From Candidatus Moanibacter sp. (lineage in GTDB: Bacteria > Verrucomicrobiota > Verrucomicrobiia > Opitutales > UBA2987): DNA of 30,540 bases. Positions within the stretch are counted from its first letter, which is position 1. Every line of letters starts with the position of its first letter. Shown here in pieces: positions 9,138 through 18,374 of this stretch. The notes under the pieces were generated by a model, which was given only the letters and a program-made list of their open reading frames with translations, did no database searches and was not told the origin of the DNA. The DNA is taken from positions 1-30,540 of the forward strand of contig CBDCEW010000057.1 of NCBI GenBank assembly GCA_965215885.1. Reading direction: 5' to 3'. A program made the translations under genes and the position numbers.

Positions 9138-11054
9138 GACCCCATTCGAAAAGCCTTTCGAGCGGGCGGTTTAAGGTTCTCCGCCACGGGCGGACCAGCC
9201 TATGGCTGGCAGGTTTCGGGTTTTAGGCTGCCGGCGCTGCCGATGAGCAGGTATTGAACGGCCATCGGCGTGGCTTGCTGCACAATACGTATATTTGCCG
9301 CTGTCTGGAGGCATACTCATCCCGTGGTGCTTTTTTCTCTGAGCTTCAAAGCGGTCAGATTCAGGCTGCCTGTTCCAGTTCCTCCCCTCGGCGTTTCTTC
9401 ATCAGTATGATGCGGCAGAAGTTGTAGGCCAGAACCTTCTCGAGCAGTTCATCGCCTACCGCATCGATGCCGCGGCGGCCGAGTTCGCCAAAGGCAAATC
9501 CATCTTTAATCGTGAACATCAGCGACTCCACTGCGGAGCGATCGCGGCGTGCCTCGCGATACGCCTCGCTCTCCCAGTCCTCGGGGGTGGTCAACTTCTT
9601 GCCCTTCGCCCCACTGATACTGATCTGCTTTACCCCCATGCTCAGCACCTCCTTGCGTCCCTTCGCCGAAGCATATCCGTCATCGGTGCTGACCAGTTCA
9701 GCAATGACACCGGTGCGCTTGATCGAATCGCCGATGGCCGGCGCCAGCTCAATGGAGTCTGCCGCGTTGCCTTGCGGTACGATCAGGCTGGTGACAAAAC
9801 CGTTTTCGCTGCGAACCAGTTGTGGCTTGTACCCGATCACTGGATTGCGGCTGCCCTTCTTGATGTAGGCCGCCGATCCGTCCGAGAGGCTCAGGACCTT
9901 CTGTGTGGACGGTAGCTTCTTTTCGTGAAACACCCGATCATGAGCATACTCAACAACCCGCTTGGCGTCGGCAATATCGCCCCTGATCTGGCTCAATGCC
10001 CGCTCCAGAAGCTCCCGGCGAGTGGGAGGCAGTGAATCCATCGACAGGCCCTCTTCAAGATGGCTCAGTTCCCCCGTTAGTGAGTCGGCCGCCTTGCGGC
10101 CCCGCTTGAGCAACCGCCGGTAGTGTTTCTTCAGCTTGCCCTTCGACTTCGGTTTGCCCGCGGCCAGACAAATCTGAAACTCCAGCTTGTCCATTTCCTC
10201 CAGCCAACGCCCAACCCATCCCTTGCGAAAATCCTCCAGCCCGAAGACATGCAACTTCTGACCCAAACGATTGGCCCGCATCAAAAGACCGCTCAGAATC
10301 TTCCCATCGGTGGGCCAGCAGCTGTTTGCTTTCACCGAGGTGCTGTCGATCGTCAGCTTCCCGAAATCGTCCCATTGCTCCTGGAGGATAAACCCAATCT
10401 GTTTATCAAAGATCAACTCGCGGGTCGTATGGCTGACCAGGTTCACGTTCTCCAGAATCGTCGTCACCGCCGGCATTCTCAGTCCCCCGCTCTGCAAAAA
10501 TCCGTACAAGCTCATCGACTCGCGCACAAACCGCCGTGCCGGTTTCGTGGTCAACGAACCCAGAAACCCTCGAATCATCACGAACACGTATACCGCATAA
10601 GCCGGCATCCGCGGCCGGCCTGCCCCAAGATTCAATTCAGCAGCCAGAATATTCTCCTCCTCGATGTCCAGCTCCGGCAGCTCCGCTGTGCGCCCTTCAA
10701 AGAACCTGCGATCTTCCAATCGAAGTTTCTTCTTCTCACGCGCATGGGCGTCCAGATCCTTCTCGATCGCCTCGATGATTTGCGCCGCGAACCCGGCCAA
10801 TTCTTCAACTTCATCCAGAAAATCACGGAAATCCGTGTCTGGAACCGGCAGAATGAGGTTGCTAAGGGGCGTCTTATCGCTTTTGTTCTCCTCTGTCGCA
10901 CATGTTGGCATGTTTAACTCCTTTCTTAATCTTAGGTTGTTAAACACTAGCATGTTGCGACACTTTTTATCAAGCCAAAAAATGATTTTTCTCAAGTTTT
11001 TCTTGCGCCTTTTGCGCCTCTTTGCGGCCAATCAGTAGCTTTTCGGATAAGGTC
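9138..11054 (-). mobile_element. Complete insertion sequence (ISNCY/IS5/IS1182-like DDE), 1917 bp
   Basis: Imperfect terminal IRs GACCCCATTCGAAAAGC (9138-9154) and GCTTTTCGGATAAGGTC (11038-11054); 6-bp direct repeat TAACTA at 9132-9137 and 11055-11060. Confidence 0.88.
9361..10911 (-). CDS. DDE transposase (ISNCY/IS5-like)
   Basis: IDSTSVKANSCWPTD, STDDGY and RSAVESL motifs; ATG 10911 preceded by AAGGAG (more plausible than track start 11031). Confidence 0.88.
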   Translation of the reverse strand: MPTCATEENKSDKTPLSNLILPVPDTDFRDFLDEVEELAGFAAQIIEAIEKDLDAHAREKKKLRLEDRRFFEGRTAELPELDIEEENILAAELNLGAGRPRMPAYAVYVFVMIRGFLGSLTTKPARRFVRESMSLYGFLQSGGLRMPAVTTILENVNLVSHTTRELIFDKQIGFILQEQWDDFGKLTIDSTSVKANSCWPTDGKILSGLLMRANRLGQKLHVFGLEDFRKGWVGRWLEEMDKLEFQICLAAGKPKSKGKLKKHYRRLLKRGRKAADSLTGELSHLEEGLSMDSLPPTRRELLERALSQIRGDIADAKRVVEYAHDRVFHEKKLPSTQKVLSLSDGSAAYIKKGSRNPVIGYKPQLVRSENGFVTSLIVPQGNAADSIELAPAIGDSIKRTGVIAELVSTDDGYASAKGRKEVLSMGVKQISISGAKGKKLTTPEDWESEAYREARRDRSAVESLMFTIKDGFAFGELGRRGIDAVGDELLEKVLAYNFCRIILMKKRRGEELEQAA

Positions 11055-11220
11055 TAACTAAAGAAGGAACAAACGGTTAAGTCATAACTAAATCGGGGTC
11101 ACTGGGGCTTGAACCCGATCCTGAAGCAAAGCACAATGCTAACTTCGCACTGATATCGTCCAGCTATGTCATCTCTGTGCCGCTCTGTGTCCCTCTTCTC
11201 TCTCAACGAATTTTAAGTTT

Positions 11221-11245
11221 GGTTGCGGCCAGCGGCTGCGTTAGG
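11221..11245. repeat. REP-like short palindrome
   Basis: ggttGCGGCCagcGGCTGCgttagg; GC stem in an intergenic position. Confidence 0.35.
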
Positions 11246-11294
11246 TTCCGAAGGGCAAGGAAAACAGACAAGGGTAATGATCAGTGGAGAAACC

Positions 11295-12613
11295 CACTAC
11301 TGTCCGGTTGTTTTTCTAGGAACGCAGGTTAATCGATTGATAACCAACATTTTACATATGATTTCTGCTGTTTTCGACTTGAAATTGCAAAAAGCCTTGT
11401 GGACTCTCAAAAATTTCGAGGGTCCAAATCATGTATACAGGTCGATTCGTTTTTTCTCAAATCATAGATTATCTTCCGCGCCATCAGTTCCATCGTTGCG
11501 TCCAACGCTACGGAGGCGACTACAAAGTTCAAAAGTTCAGTTGCTTCGAACAATTTCTCTGCATGGGTTTTGCCGAGTTGACCTACCGGGAGAGTCTGCG
11601 CGACATCGAAACCTGCCTGCGGGCAGTACAACCAAAACTATACCACGCAGGGATTCGAAGCGGAGTATCCAAAAGCACGCTCGCCGATGCCAACGAGAAA
11701 CGAGACTGGCGCATCTACGCCGACTTTGCACAGGTCCTCATCGCAATGGCTCGTCCTTTGTATTCAAACGAGGATCTGGGCATCGACCTGGACAATACGC
11801 TCTACGCTCTGGACTCCACCACGATCGATCTATGTCTATCACTCTTCCCGTGGGCACGTTTCCGCAAGCACAAGGGGGCGGTGAAGGTCCATACGCTTCT
11901 CGATCTCAGAGGCTCTATCCCTTATTTTATCGAGATTACCGATGGAAAAGTTCACGACGTAAACATTCTGGATCTCATCATCCCCGAGGCCGGTGCTTAC
12001 TATGTAATGGACCGAGCCTATCTGCATTACGAGCGCCTCTATCGGATCGCACAATGCGGTTCTTTCTTCGTCACACGCGCCCGCCGCGGCTTTCAGTTTC
12101 GCCGCCTCTACTCTCAAAAGGTCGACAAATCAACCGGTCTGCGTTCGGACCAGACCGTTGCCCTGGTCAGCTTCTATCCTGCCAAGGCCTACCCCGAAAG
12201 ACTCCGGCGTATCACTTACCTCGACCCCGACAGTTCCGAGCGCTTCGTGTTTCTCACCAACCAGTTTGCCCTCCCAGCCATAATCATCACCCAGATTTAC
12301 CGTTTACGCTGGCAGATCGAATTGTTCTTCAAATGGATCAAACAGCACTTGCGCATCAAGAGCTTTTTCGGCACCTCCGAGAATGCTGTGAAGACTCAAA
12401 TCTGGATTGCCGTCAGCGTCTATGTGCTCATCGCCATCATCCGCAAACGCCTTCGCCTGGAGATCAGTTTGCACAAAATCCTACAGATTCTCAGCTTCAC
12501 CCTATTTGAGAAAACTCCTATGACTGAACTACTTACAGAAACCGATTACACTTTCAATGAACACCGCATTCCTAAACAGTTGGAGTTGTTTGACTTATAA
12601 CCGGACAGTACTG
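11295..12613 (+). mobile_element. Complete IS4-family element, 1319 bp
   Basis: IRs CACTACTGTCCGGTT (11295-11309) and AACCGGACAGTACTG (12599-12613), 14/15 match; 8-bp TSD GAGAAACC at 11287-11294 and 12614-12621. Confidence 0.95.
11431..12600 (+). CDS. IS4-family transposase (DUF4372-type N-terminus)
   Basis: 389 aa; ALDSTTIDL, VMDRAY, YRLRWQIELFFKWIKQHL (YREK signature). Confidence 0.95.
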   Translation: MYTGRFVFSQIIDYLPRHQFHRCVQRYGGDYKVQKFSCFEQFLCMGFAELTYRESLRDIETCLRAVQPKLYHAGIRSGVSKSTLADANEKRDWRIYADFAQVLIAMARPLYSNEDLGIDLDNTLYALDSTTIDLCLSLFPWARFRKHKGAVKVHTLLDLRGSIPYFIEITDGKVHDVNILDLIIPEAGAYYVMDRAYLHYERLYRIAQCGSFFVTRARRGFQFRRLYSQKVDKSTGLRSDQTVALVSFYPAKAYPERLRRITYLDPDSSERFVFLTNQFALPAIIITQIYRLRWQIELFFKWIKQHLRIKSFFGTSENAVKTQIWIAVSVYVLIAIIRKRLRLEISLHKILQILSFTLFEKTPMTELLTETDYTFNEHRIPKQLELFDL

Positions 12614-12644
12614 GAGAAACCGACTCGAAACTATTTGAATAATA

Positions 12645-14127
12645 GCCTCGTCAGCAGAATCTGTGGGTTATTTCGGGTTCAGGCAAGACGCCCATGGTAT
12701 GAAATAGGGCGATCTTAAGCACTTCGAAGCTCTTAAAGCCGTATGCTTTTCTGATAGTGAGATTTATATTGCGGTTAAAGCCCTCCACAATGCCGCAGGA
12801 AAAGGCCTTTTTGGCCCGAAACCAGTTGAGGATGAGCGGCTCGTGTTTGCGCACCGAGCGCACGAACCTTTTGATCGGTTTGAGGCGCGAACGCATGGCG
12901 CGCGTGCACCATTTTTTCAGATACCATTGGGCCCAGTAGGGACTTTTATAATGCCACAAGAGCTGAAAGCTCTCCTTTAGTAGATAGGCCCGCACGCTCT
13001 TCAGATCGTATTGGAGCACCTCCTTGAGGCGGATCTGTTGGGTGGGGGTGAGATTTTGCGGATTTTTGAAGAAACAGTATTTGCTTTTGACCAGCACGTT
13101 GATGTAGCCGTCCCGTTGCAATCGCCTGGCTTCCGCAGCACGAATCTCATTGAGGGCCTTGTTCAGGTTGGCTACCAAGTGGAAGCGATCGAGGATGTGC
13201 AGCGCCTGGGGTGCCTTTTTCTTGATCACTTTGAGGTAAGGCTTCCACAGATCCGAGCAGACGTAGAGGATCTGGCTGCTCTTTTGCGCTCCCAATTCCC
13301 AGAAAAAACGCAAGAGCGATTTTACGTTGCGCTTATTGAATACGCCCAATAGCCGCCGCCGCCCCTCGTCAAGCTGGTAGACCACGGTGAGATAGTGATG
13401 GCCTCGATGATACTGCACCTCATCGACTCCGATCGCCTCAATCCCGCTCATATCGCGCCGTTTGAGCCCCCAACGCACCATCGCCTCGACCGACTCGAAG
13501 ACGTTGCGCCAGTTCGTGCGAAAAACCCTTGCCGTCTCTTCCCAGCTCAAGCGCCTCGCCCACTGGGCCAGAAACCATTGCATTGGCCAACTCAGATGAC
13601 TCTTGCCCTTGGCCCAGGGCACCTCTTCGACCTTCACCCCGCACCGCCGGCAATTGACCCGCCGCATGCGGTAACGAAAATACACCTTCATCCCCCACAA
13701 GGGCACAAATTCAAAATGCCTCGCCTCGCTCATGTGGTCGTAGCCGCTGGCCGTCCGGCCACACCCCGAACAGCACACCCGACTATTCTTGCGCGGCTCA
13801 ATCTGCACCACAATCGCCTCCACCGATTTCACCATTTCCATACTCGCCTTTGCGTAAACAAAGCTCTTGAGCCAATAGCACCGATTCAGTAGCGTTTTGA
13901 TGAGCACTGGGTCCTCCGTGTTCAGGATGTATTTTCGGTACTACTTTCATCCTCGGAACGGCCCGGTGCTTCAACCTTTCAATCCCATATGCAAAGAAAA
14001 CACCGACCAGCCCCTCCGGCTGTGGAGGAGCGGGATTCAGGGCAGCGCCCTGACTTCTCCTTGTGCTCACCGACTCTATTTCCTCTTGTAAGCGACGTTA
14101 CCCACCCACAGATTCTGCTGTAGACCC
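12645..14127 (-). mobile_element. Complete ISL3-family element, 1483 bp
   Basis: 24-bp IRs GCCTCGTCAGCAGAATCTGTGGGT (12645-12668) and ACCCACAGATTCTGCTGTAGACCC (14104-14127), 20/24 match; 8-bp AT-rich TSD GAATAATA at 12637-12644 and 14128-14135. Confidence 0.95.
12651..13907 (-). CDS. ISL3-family transposase
   Basis: 418 aa; zinc finger CSGC...CRRC, IGVDE, VCSDLW, LDRFH, GIVEGFN, AYGF; GGAGG SD before GTG. Confidence 0.95.
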   Translation of the reverse strand: MLIKTLLNRCYWLKSFVYAKASMEMVKSVEAIVVQIEPRKNSRVCCSGCGRTASGYDHMSEARHFEFVPLWGMKVYFRYRMRRVNCRRCGVKVEEVPWAKGKSHLSWPMQWFLAQWARRLSWEETARVFRTNWRNVFESVEAMVRWGLKRRDMSGIEAIGVDEVQYHRGHHYLTVVYQLDEGRRRLLGVFNKRNVKSLLRFFWELGAQKSSQILYVCSDLWKPYLKVIKKKAPQALHILDRFHLVANLNKALNEIRAAEARRLQRDGYINVLVKSKYCFFKNPQNLTPTQQIRLKEVLQYDLKSVRAYLLKESFQLLWHYKSPYWAQWYLKKWCTRAMRSRLKPIKRFVRSVRKHEPLILNWFRAKKAFSCGIVEGFNRNINLTIRKAYGFKSFEVLKIALFHTMGVLPEPEITHRFC

Positions 14128-14151
14128 GAATAATAAAAACGGCCGGCGTCT

Positions 14152-14979
14152 ATGAGCAAACCTGAAATCAGCAATCCAGTGACCGCGATAGCCGAAGAAG
14201 ATGCGACCGGCGAAGTTGCCGACATCTTCGCGGACATCCGCGATTCGATGGAGATTCCGCTCATTACCTCAATCTGGCGAATCCTCGTTGACATCGAGGA
14301 CGGATTGCGGGCCTCCTGGGACGTCACAAAACCCGTTTACGAGACGGGTCAACCTCAGGCCGCCCTCTTGAAAATCCGCGAGCAGGCCTCGCTGCCAATC
14401 CTCGAGCCGCTTGCATCCAGCCAACTGACCTGCGTGGGCGTATCGGGGGACGATCTGCCGTCCATCCGGGCCATTCTGGACGCTTACAACCGTTCAAACG
14501 GCCTGAACCTGATCGCACTCACCGCCCTTGTGGCAACGCCCTCCGGTCCCCCCGCAAACGATCCTCCACCGCGATCTCCGCCTTCGTGGCCGCAATTGCC
14601 CCCACTTCTCACGCAAGCCGACATCTCAGAACACACCTGGACGCTCATGTTGGACATCTACAACCTGGGCGTCGCATCCAGAAAGCCGGGCGTGGCCACG
14701 CTCTGGCGCCACCTCGCACACTGGCCCGGGTTGCTGGCGCTGGTCTATTCCGGCCTGGCTCCGCTGGTGCGGGACGGCACGGTCCAGCGTTCGACCCGGC
14801 AAGTGCTTGAATTAGCGCGAACTGAAGGCGCGCGCATTGCCCACCACCGCCCCGATACCTCCTCCCTACCCGAGGAAGCTCTCGATCTGATCGCCGAATA
14901 CGCGGGAAAAGTCCACCGGATGGTAACCATCGGCCACGGCGTCGCCCAATGGTTACAGGATCTGGAGGGAGAGCCATGA
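14152..14979 (+). CDS. DehI-family (group I haloacid dehalogenase-like, AhpD-type helical repeat) protein
   Basis: 275 aa; EEDATGEVADIFADIR, AYNRSNGLNLIALTAL, WRHLAHWP match my recollection of the DehI/DehE two-repeat pattern; adjacent to a HAD dehalogenase. Confidence 0.65.
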   Translation: MSKPEISNPVTAIAEEDATGEVADIFADIRDSMEIPLITSIWRILVDIEDGLRASWDVTKPVYETGQPQAALLKIREQASLPILEPLASSQLTCVGVSGDDLPSIRAILDAYNRSNGLNLIALTALVATPSGPPANDPPPRSPPSWPQLPPLLTQADISEHTWTLMLDIYNLGVASRKPGVATLWRHLAHWPGLLALVYSGLAPLVRDGTVQRSTRQVLELARTEGARIAHHRPDTSSLPEEALDLIAEYAGKVHRMVTIGHGVAQWLQDLEGEP

Positions 14980-15000
14980 GAACGTGAGAAAAGCGGGCTG

Positions 15001-15717
15001 ATGATGTACGACCCCGAGATTAAGGCCCTTACCTTTGATGTCTTTGGCACCGTCACGGACTGGCGAAGCACGATCATTCGCGAGGGCCGGGAACTCGGTA
15101 AACAGAAGGTATCGAATGTGGATTGGCGCCAGTTTGCCGAAGCGTGGAGAGCCGGGTATAAGCCGGCCATGCAACGGGTCCGCACGGGTGAACTACCCTG
15201 GCTGAATATTGACGCGCTTCATCGATTGATCCTGGACGACTTATTGATCCAATTTGAAATTGAAGGACTCAACGAAGAGGAGAAAGATCATTTGAACCGG
15301 GCCTGGCACAGACTGGATCCTTGGCCCGATGCAAGGCGGGGAATCGAACGGCTGCGGCAACACTTTATCGTGGCTCCGCTGTCCAATGGAAACATCGCCT
15401 TGTTAGTCAATATGGCAAAGAACGCGGACTTCCTATGGGATTGCATCCTCTCCGCGGAATTGGCGAGGAAATACAAACCCGATCCGGAGGTTTACCTGAC
15501 AGCTGCGCGGCTGCTCGGTCTAAGCCCCAAACAGGTGATGATGGTGGCCGCCCACAATGGCGATTTAAAGGCCGCTCAATCGGTTGGCTTCAGGACGGCC
15601 TTTATCTATCGCACAGAGGAATACGGTCCGAACCAAACAGTTGATCTGGAACCGGACCCCTCGATTGATATCGCCGCAAAGGATTTCAATGATCTCGCGG
15701 ATCAATTGAACGCATAA
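15001..15717 (+). CDS. Haloacid dehalogenase type II (HAD superfamily)
   Basis: 238 aa; motif I TFDVFGTVTDW, LSNG, YKPDPEVY, VAAHNGD. Confidence 0.92.
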   Translation: MMYDPEIKALTFDVFGTVTDWRSTIIREGRELGKQKVSNVDWRQFAEAWRAGYKPAMQRVRTGELPWLNIDALHRLILDDLLIQFEIEGLNEEEKDHLNRAWHRLDPWPDARRGIERLRQHFIVAPLSNGNIALLVNMAKNADFLWDCILSAELARKYKPDPEVYLTAARLLGLSPKQVMMVAAHNGDLKAAQSVGFRTAFIYRTEEYGPNQTVDLEPDPSIDIAAKDFNDLADQLNA

Positions 15718-15801
15718 TTGATCAACGTCGGGCCCATATCCACAGGTCAACAGAAGCGTGGTGAAGAAAAGAGGCATCGCAAAAAAGTAGGCGAAGGGCA
15801 C

Positions 15802-15912
15802 TTAATCGCTTCGCTCTGTTTTAGGAATCGGCATATCGGCGTCGACCTCTTGCCACCAACCCCTCAGTTCCCGCTTCATGCTAGCCACCAGTTCCGGGTG
15901 CGCCTTGCTCAG
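15802..15912 (-). pseudogene. C-terminal relic of a sulfatase-like gene
   Basis: LSKAHPELVASMKRELRGWWQEVDADMPIPK resembles the terminal helix of formylglycine sulfatases; the upstream part is replaced by the 41-bp repeat. Confidence 0.5.
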
Positions 15913-15923
15913 GACCAAAATTG

Positions 15924-15964
15924 CCTCCAGCAGGGGGGCGTCTTCCCTTTTCGAAAAGCCTCTA
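15924..15964 (+). repeat. 41-bp direct repeat, copy 1 (IS/MITE-end-like)
   Basis: CCTCCAGCAGGGGGGCGTCTTCCCTTTTCGAAAAGCCTCTA; 34/41 identical to 20028-20067. Confidence 0.75.
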
Positions 15965-15977
15965 AATAGTGAATTAA

Positions 15978-15994
15978 TGTCAAATATGTTGACA
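15978..15994 (+). promoter_or_regulatory. Palindromic operator/-35 element upstream of the IclR gene
   Basis: TGTCAA-ATATG-TTGACA perfect 6-bp IR; the right arm is a consensus -35; the -10 is weak (TCTATT at 17 bp). Confidence 0.5.
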
Positions 15995-16056
15995 CATTTC
16001 TGACGCCTCGATCTATTCAAATTTTGATTTGAGCCGAAGCATTTTCCTCTTGATTT

Positions 16057-16821
16057 ATGAATAATCAGATTGAAAAGAAAAACCTCGCGACATCGCTTTT
16101 TAAAGGGCTTGATGCCCTTTTTTTGATCAGCGCCTATCCCGATGGCATCGACATCCCGACGGTTGTCAATCTCCTCCAGCAACCGCGAAGCAGCACTGTC
16201 AGAATATTGGACAGTCTGGAATATTATGGACTGATTGAGCGGCGGAATCGTCGATATTTTCCAGCTGCCCGATTGGAGTGGCTGGTGGGGAGAGATCCAC
16301 ATCGTGCGTTGGAGATTGAATATCATCGTGTCCTCGAACGGATTAACGAGCAGACCGGTGAGCTGGTCGTCTTGTCCCGATTGGAAGGGCGTCAGATTGT
16401 TCCCCTGGTGGCGATCAAGGGGAAACACCGGGTGTCGGTTCAACCGACTCTGGGAATACCCTATTCTCCCGATGTGTCGGCAATGGGTAAGATCATCTTA
16501 TCCATGCGTTCGGATCTTTTTCGGTCCAAGCGAACGCAACGATTGCAGGAAGAACTCCGTCTTGCGCGACGCCATCACATTACGTTCAATTTTGAAGAAT
16601 CCGAACCGGACGTGTGTGCAATCGGCACCTGGCTGGATGCTCCCGTGCCGACCAACCCGGTGGTATCCGTGGTCTGGCCCTCCTTTCGCTTTTCCCTCAA
16701 GGAAGCTGAGAAAGCCATTGCTACATTCCGGAGAACGCTTCCCGCGAGCGCTCCGCTGAGCCATTATGAACCGCCTTTGGAGCCGTTTATCAAACTCTAT
16801 CCTCGCTTGGCTCAAGGGTGA
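16057..16821 (+). CDS. IclR-family transcriptional regulator
   Basis: 254 aa; N-terminal wHTH (SLFKGLDAL...PRSSTVRILDSLEYYGLIE), QTGELVVL, SAMGKIIL, EESEPDVCAIG. Confidence 0.88.
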   Translation: MNNQIEKKNLATSLFKGLDALFLISAYPDGIDIPTVVNLLQQPRSSTVRILDSLEYYGLIERRNRRYFPAARLEWLVGRDPHRALEIEYHRVLERINEQTGELVVLSRLEGRQIVPLVAIKGKHRVSVQPTLGIPYSPDVSAMGKIILSMRSDLFRSKRTQRLQEELRLARRHHITFNFEESEPDVCAIGTWLDAPVPTNPVVSVVWPSFRFSLKEAEKAIATFRRTLPASAPLSHYEPPLEPFIKLYPRLAQG

Positions 16822-16954
16822 TAGGATCGACACTGGAAAGCATCGCCTGCCGTGTTTCCAGCAACCTGCCTCTTCCCGCTCGGCGGGAGTAGGGTAGACG
16901 GATCGAATGGTTTGTGATGCGCGAAGGGAAAAGGGAAATTGAGTGCTTAGAATA

Positions 16955-16978
16955 GTAGCCGCGCCCGTGAGAGCGTGG
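16955..16978 (+). repeat. GTAG-type REP-like palindrome (degenerate)
   Basis: GTAG-CCGCGCCC-GTGA-GAGCGTGG. Confidence 0.45.
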
Positions 16979-17153
16979 ACGACCGCCTGCTCGCGTACCG
17001 GCTTCCCTGATACCGATAGATCAATTATGCTGATACATTTACCTAAAGTGTTGTGTCTATTGTTGCTTTTTGAAAATAGATGTGCATTCTATGAAATCGC
17101 TACTCAATTTCTCCCAATAACAGGTGCCAAAAGCATAAGTCTACCTCGAAAAT

Positions 17154-18374
17154 ATGGATAGAACAAACGAAGCGAAAATCGCCTGTATCCGCACCTACCG
17201 GTTGCAACATAGGCTAGAGGAACCATTCGGCTTTTCGCAATGGCACTTTGACAGTCGCCAGGCGCTTCTAATCGAGGTCATTACGGAAGACGGAGCATGC
17301 GGGTGGGGTGAATGTTACGGTCCGGCGCAAGTCACACAGGCAGCGGTGCATTCGTTTTACGCTCCTCTGATTATTGGAACAAACGCGTTGCGAAACGAAG
17401 CGACCTGGAATCGATGCTGGCAGGCTTCGCTCGATTTTGCCCGAAAGGGGGTCATGATGGGCGCCATCTCGGGTCTGGACATGGCCCTTATGGACCTGAA
17501 AGGGAAGTTATCGGGGCTTTCGGCGGCTGAATTGATGGGGGGAAGAATTCGCGAGGAGGTCCCGTGCTATGCCACCGGCATGTACTTTCGCGAAATACCG
17601 GAAAGCAGCTTGCTCAATGAGCTTGTCAGTGAAGCGGAGGGTTATTCTGAACAGGGATTCGGCGCCATGAAAATCAAGGTGGGGAAGAACCTGCGCTTTG
17701 ATAAGGCTCTCGTGCGGGAGTTGCGTCGCGCTCTTCCGAATACGTATCTCATGTGCGATTCTAACCATGCTTATGATCTGTGTGAGTCGATCGAGCTGGG
17801 ACGAGTGCTCGATGAGAACGCATTCACCTGGTTTGAAGAGCCGCTCTCACCGGAGAATCCGGAGCTTTTTCTGAAGCTGCATCAGAAAATCGACACCCCG
17901 CTGGCGTTCGGCGAGTGTGAACAAACCCGTTGGGGCTTTCAGAATCTGGTGGCAACCGGCGGGGTGCAGATTTTGCAGCCGGATTTGGCCTATTGCGGCG
18001 GTCCGAGCGAGGCGGTGAAAATCCGCGCGATCGCGTCTTCTCACGGTATTAATGTCATTCCTCACGCCTGGGGAACCATGCTCAACCTCTCCGCCGCGAC
18101 CCATTTCCTGGCCTCGACATCGGTCGAACCTGGTCGCGCCGAGGCCAACACGCCGATTCTGGAAGTTGACCAGACCGAAAATCCGCTGCGCGACGATATT
18201 TTTGAGATTCCGTTAGAGTTGAATGGAGGCAGCGTTTCGGTCCCTCAAGGAGCTGGTCTGGGGGTGCTTCCGGATCGCGGTGCTCTTGCTTCCTTCTGCG
18301 TTCAAGAAACGGAAGCCAGTGGAGAGGTGGTCGACACCGAACGAGTGGCGGCGCTGGTTGAGTCCATTTCCTGA
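17154..18374 (+). CDS. Mandelate racemase/muconate lactonizing family enzyme, D-galactarolactone cycloisomerase (Gci)-like
   Basis: 406 aa; GWGECYGP, YATG, KIKVG (KxK), DSNHAY, WFEEP, GE, QPDL, PHAWG, EVDQTENPLR; motif pattern resembles Agrobacterium Gci from memory. Confidence 0.8.
   Translation: MDRTNEAKIACIRTYRLQHRLEEPFGFSQWHFDSRQALLIEVITEDGACGWGECYGPAQVTQAAVHSFYAPLIIGTNALRNEATWNRCWQASLDFARKGVMMGAISGLDMALMDLKGKLSGLSAAELMGGRIREEVPCYATGMYFREIPESSLLNELVSEAEGYSEQGFGAMKIKVGKNLRFDKALVRELRRALPNTYLMCDSNHAYDLCESIELGRVLDENAFTWFEEPLSPENPELFLKLHQKIDTPLAFGECEQTRWGFQNLVATGGVQILQPDLAYCGGPSEAVKIRAIASSHGINVIPHAWGTMLNLSAATHFLASTSVEPGRAEANTPILEVDQTENPLRDDIFEIPLELNGGSVSVPQGAGLGVLPDRGALASFCVQETEASGEVVDTERVAALVESIS

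Noticed and set aside
11223..12509. 428-aa alternative-frame ORF, plus other long shadow ORFs (6819..7943, 10123..10917, 18082..18816, 20693..21508)
   Set aside because: They overlap well-supported genes, have no motifs and are typical GC-rich off-frame ORFs.
9138..14127. Composite transposon or nested IS
   Set aside because: The elements belong to different families and each has its own complete TSD.
15802..16443. 213-aa minus-strand ORF as a real gene
   Set aside because: Mostly antisense to IclR; only the last ~36 codons look like genuine (sulfatase-tail) coding sequence.
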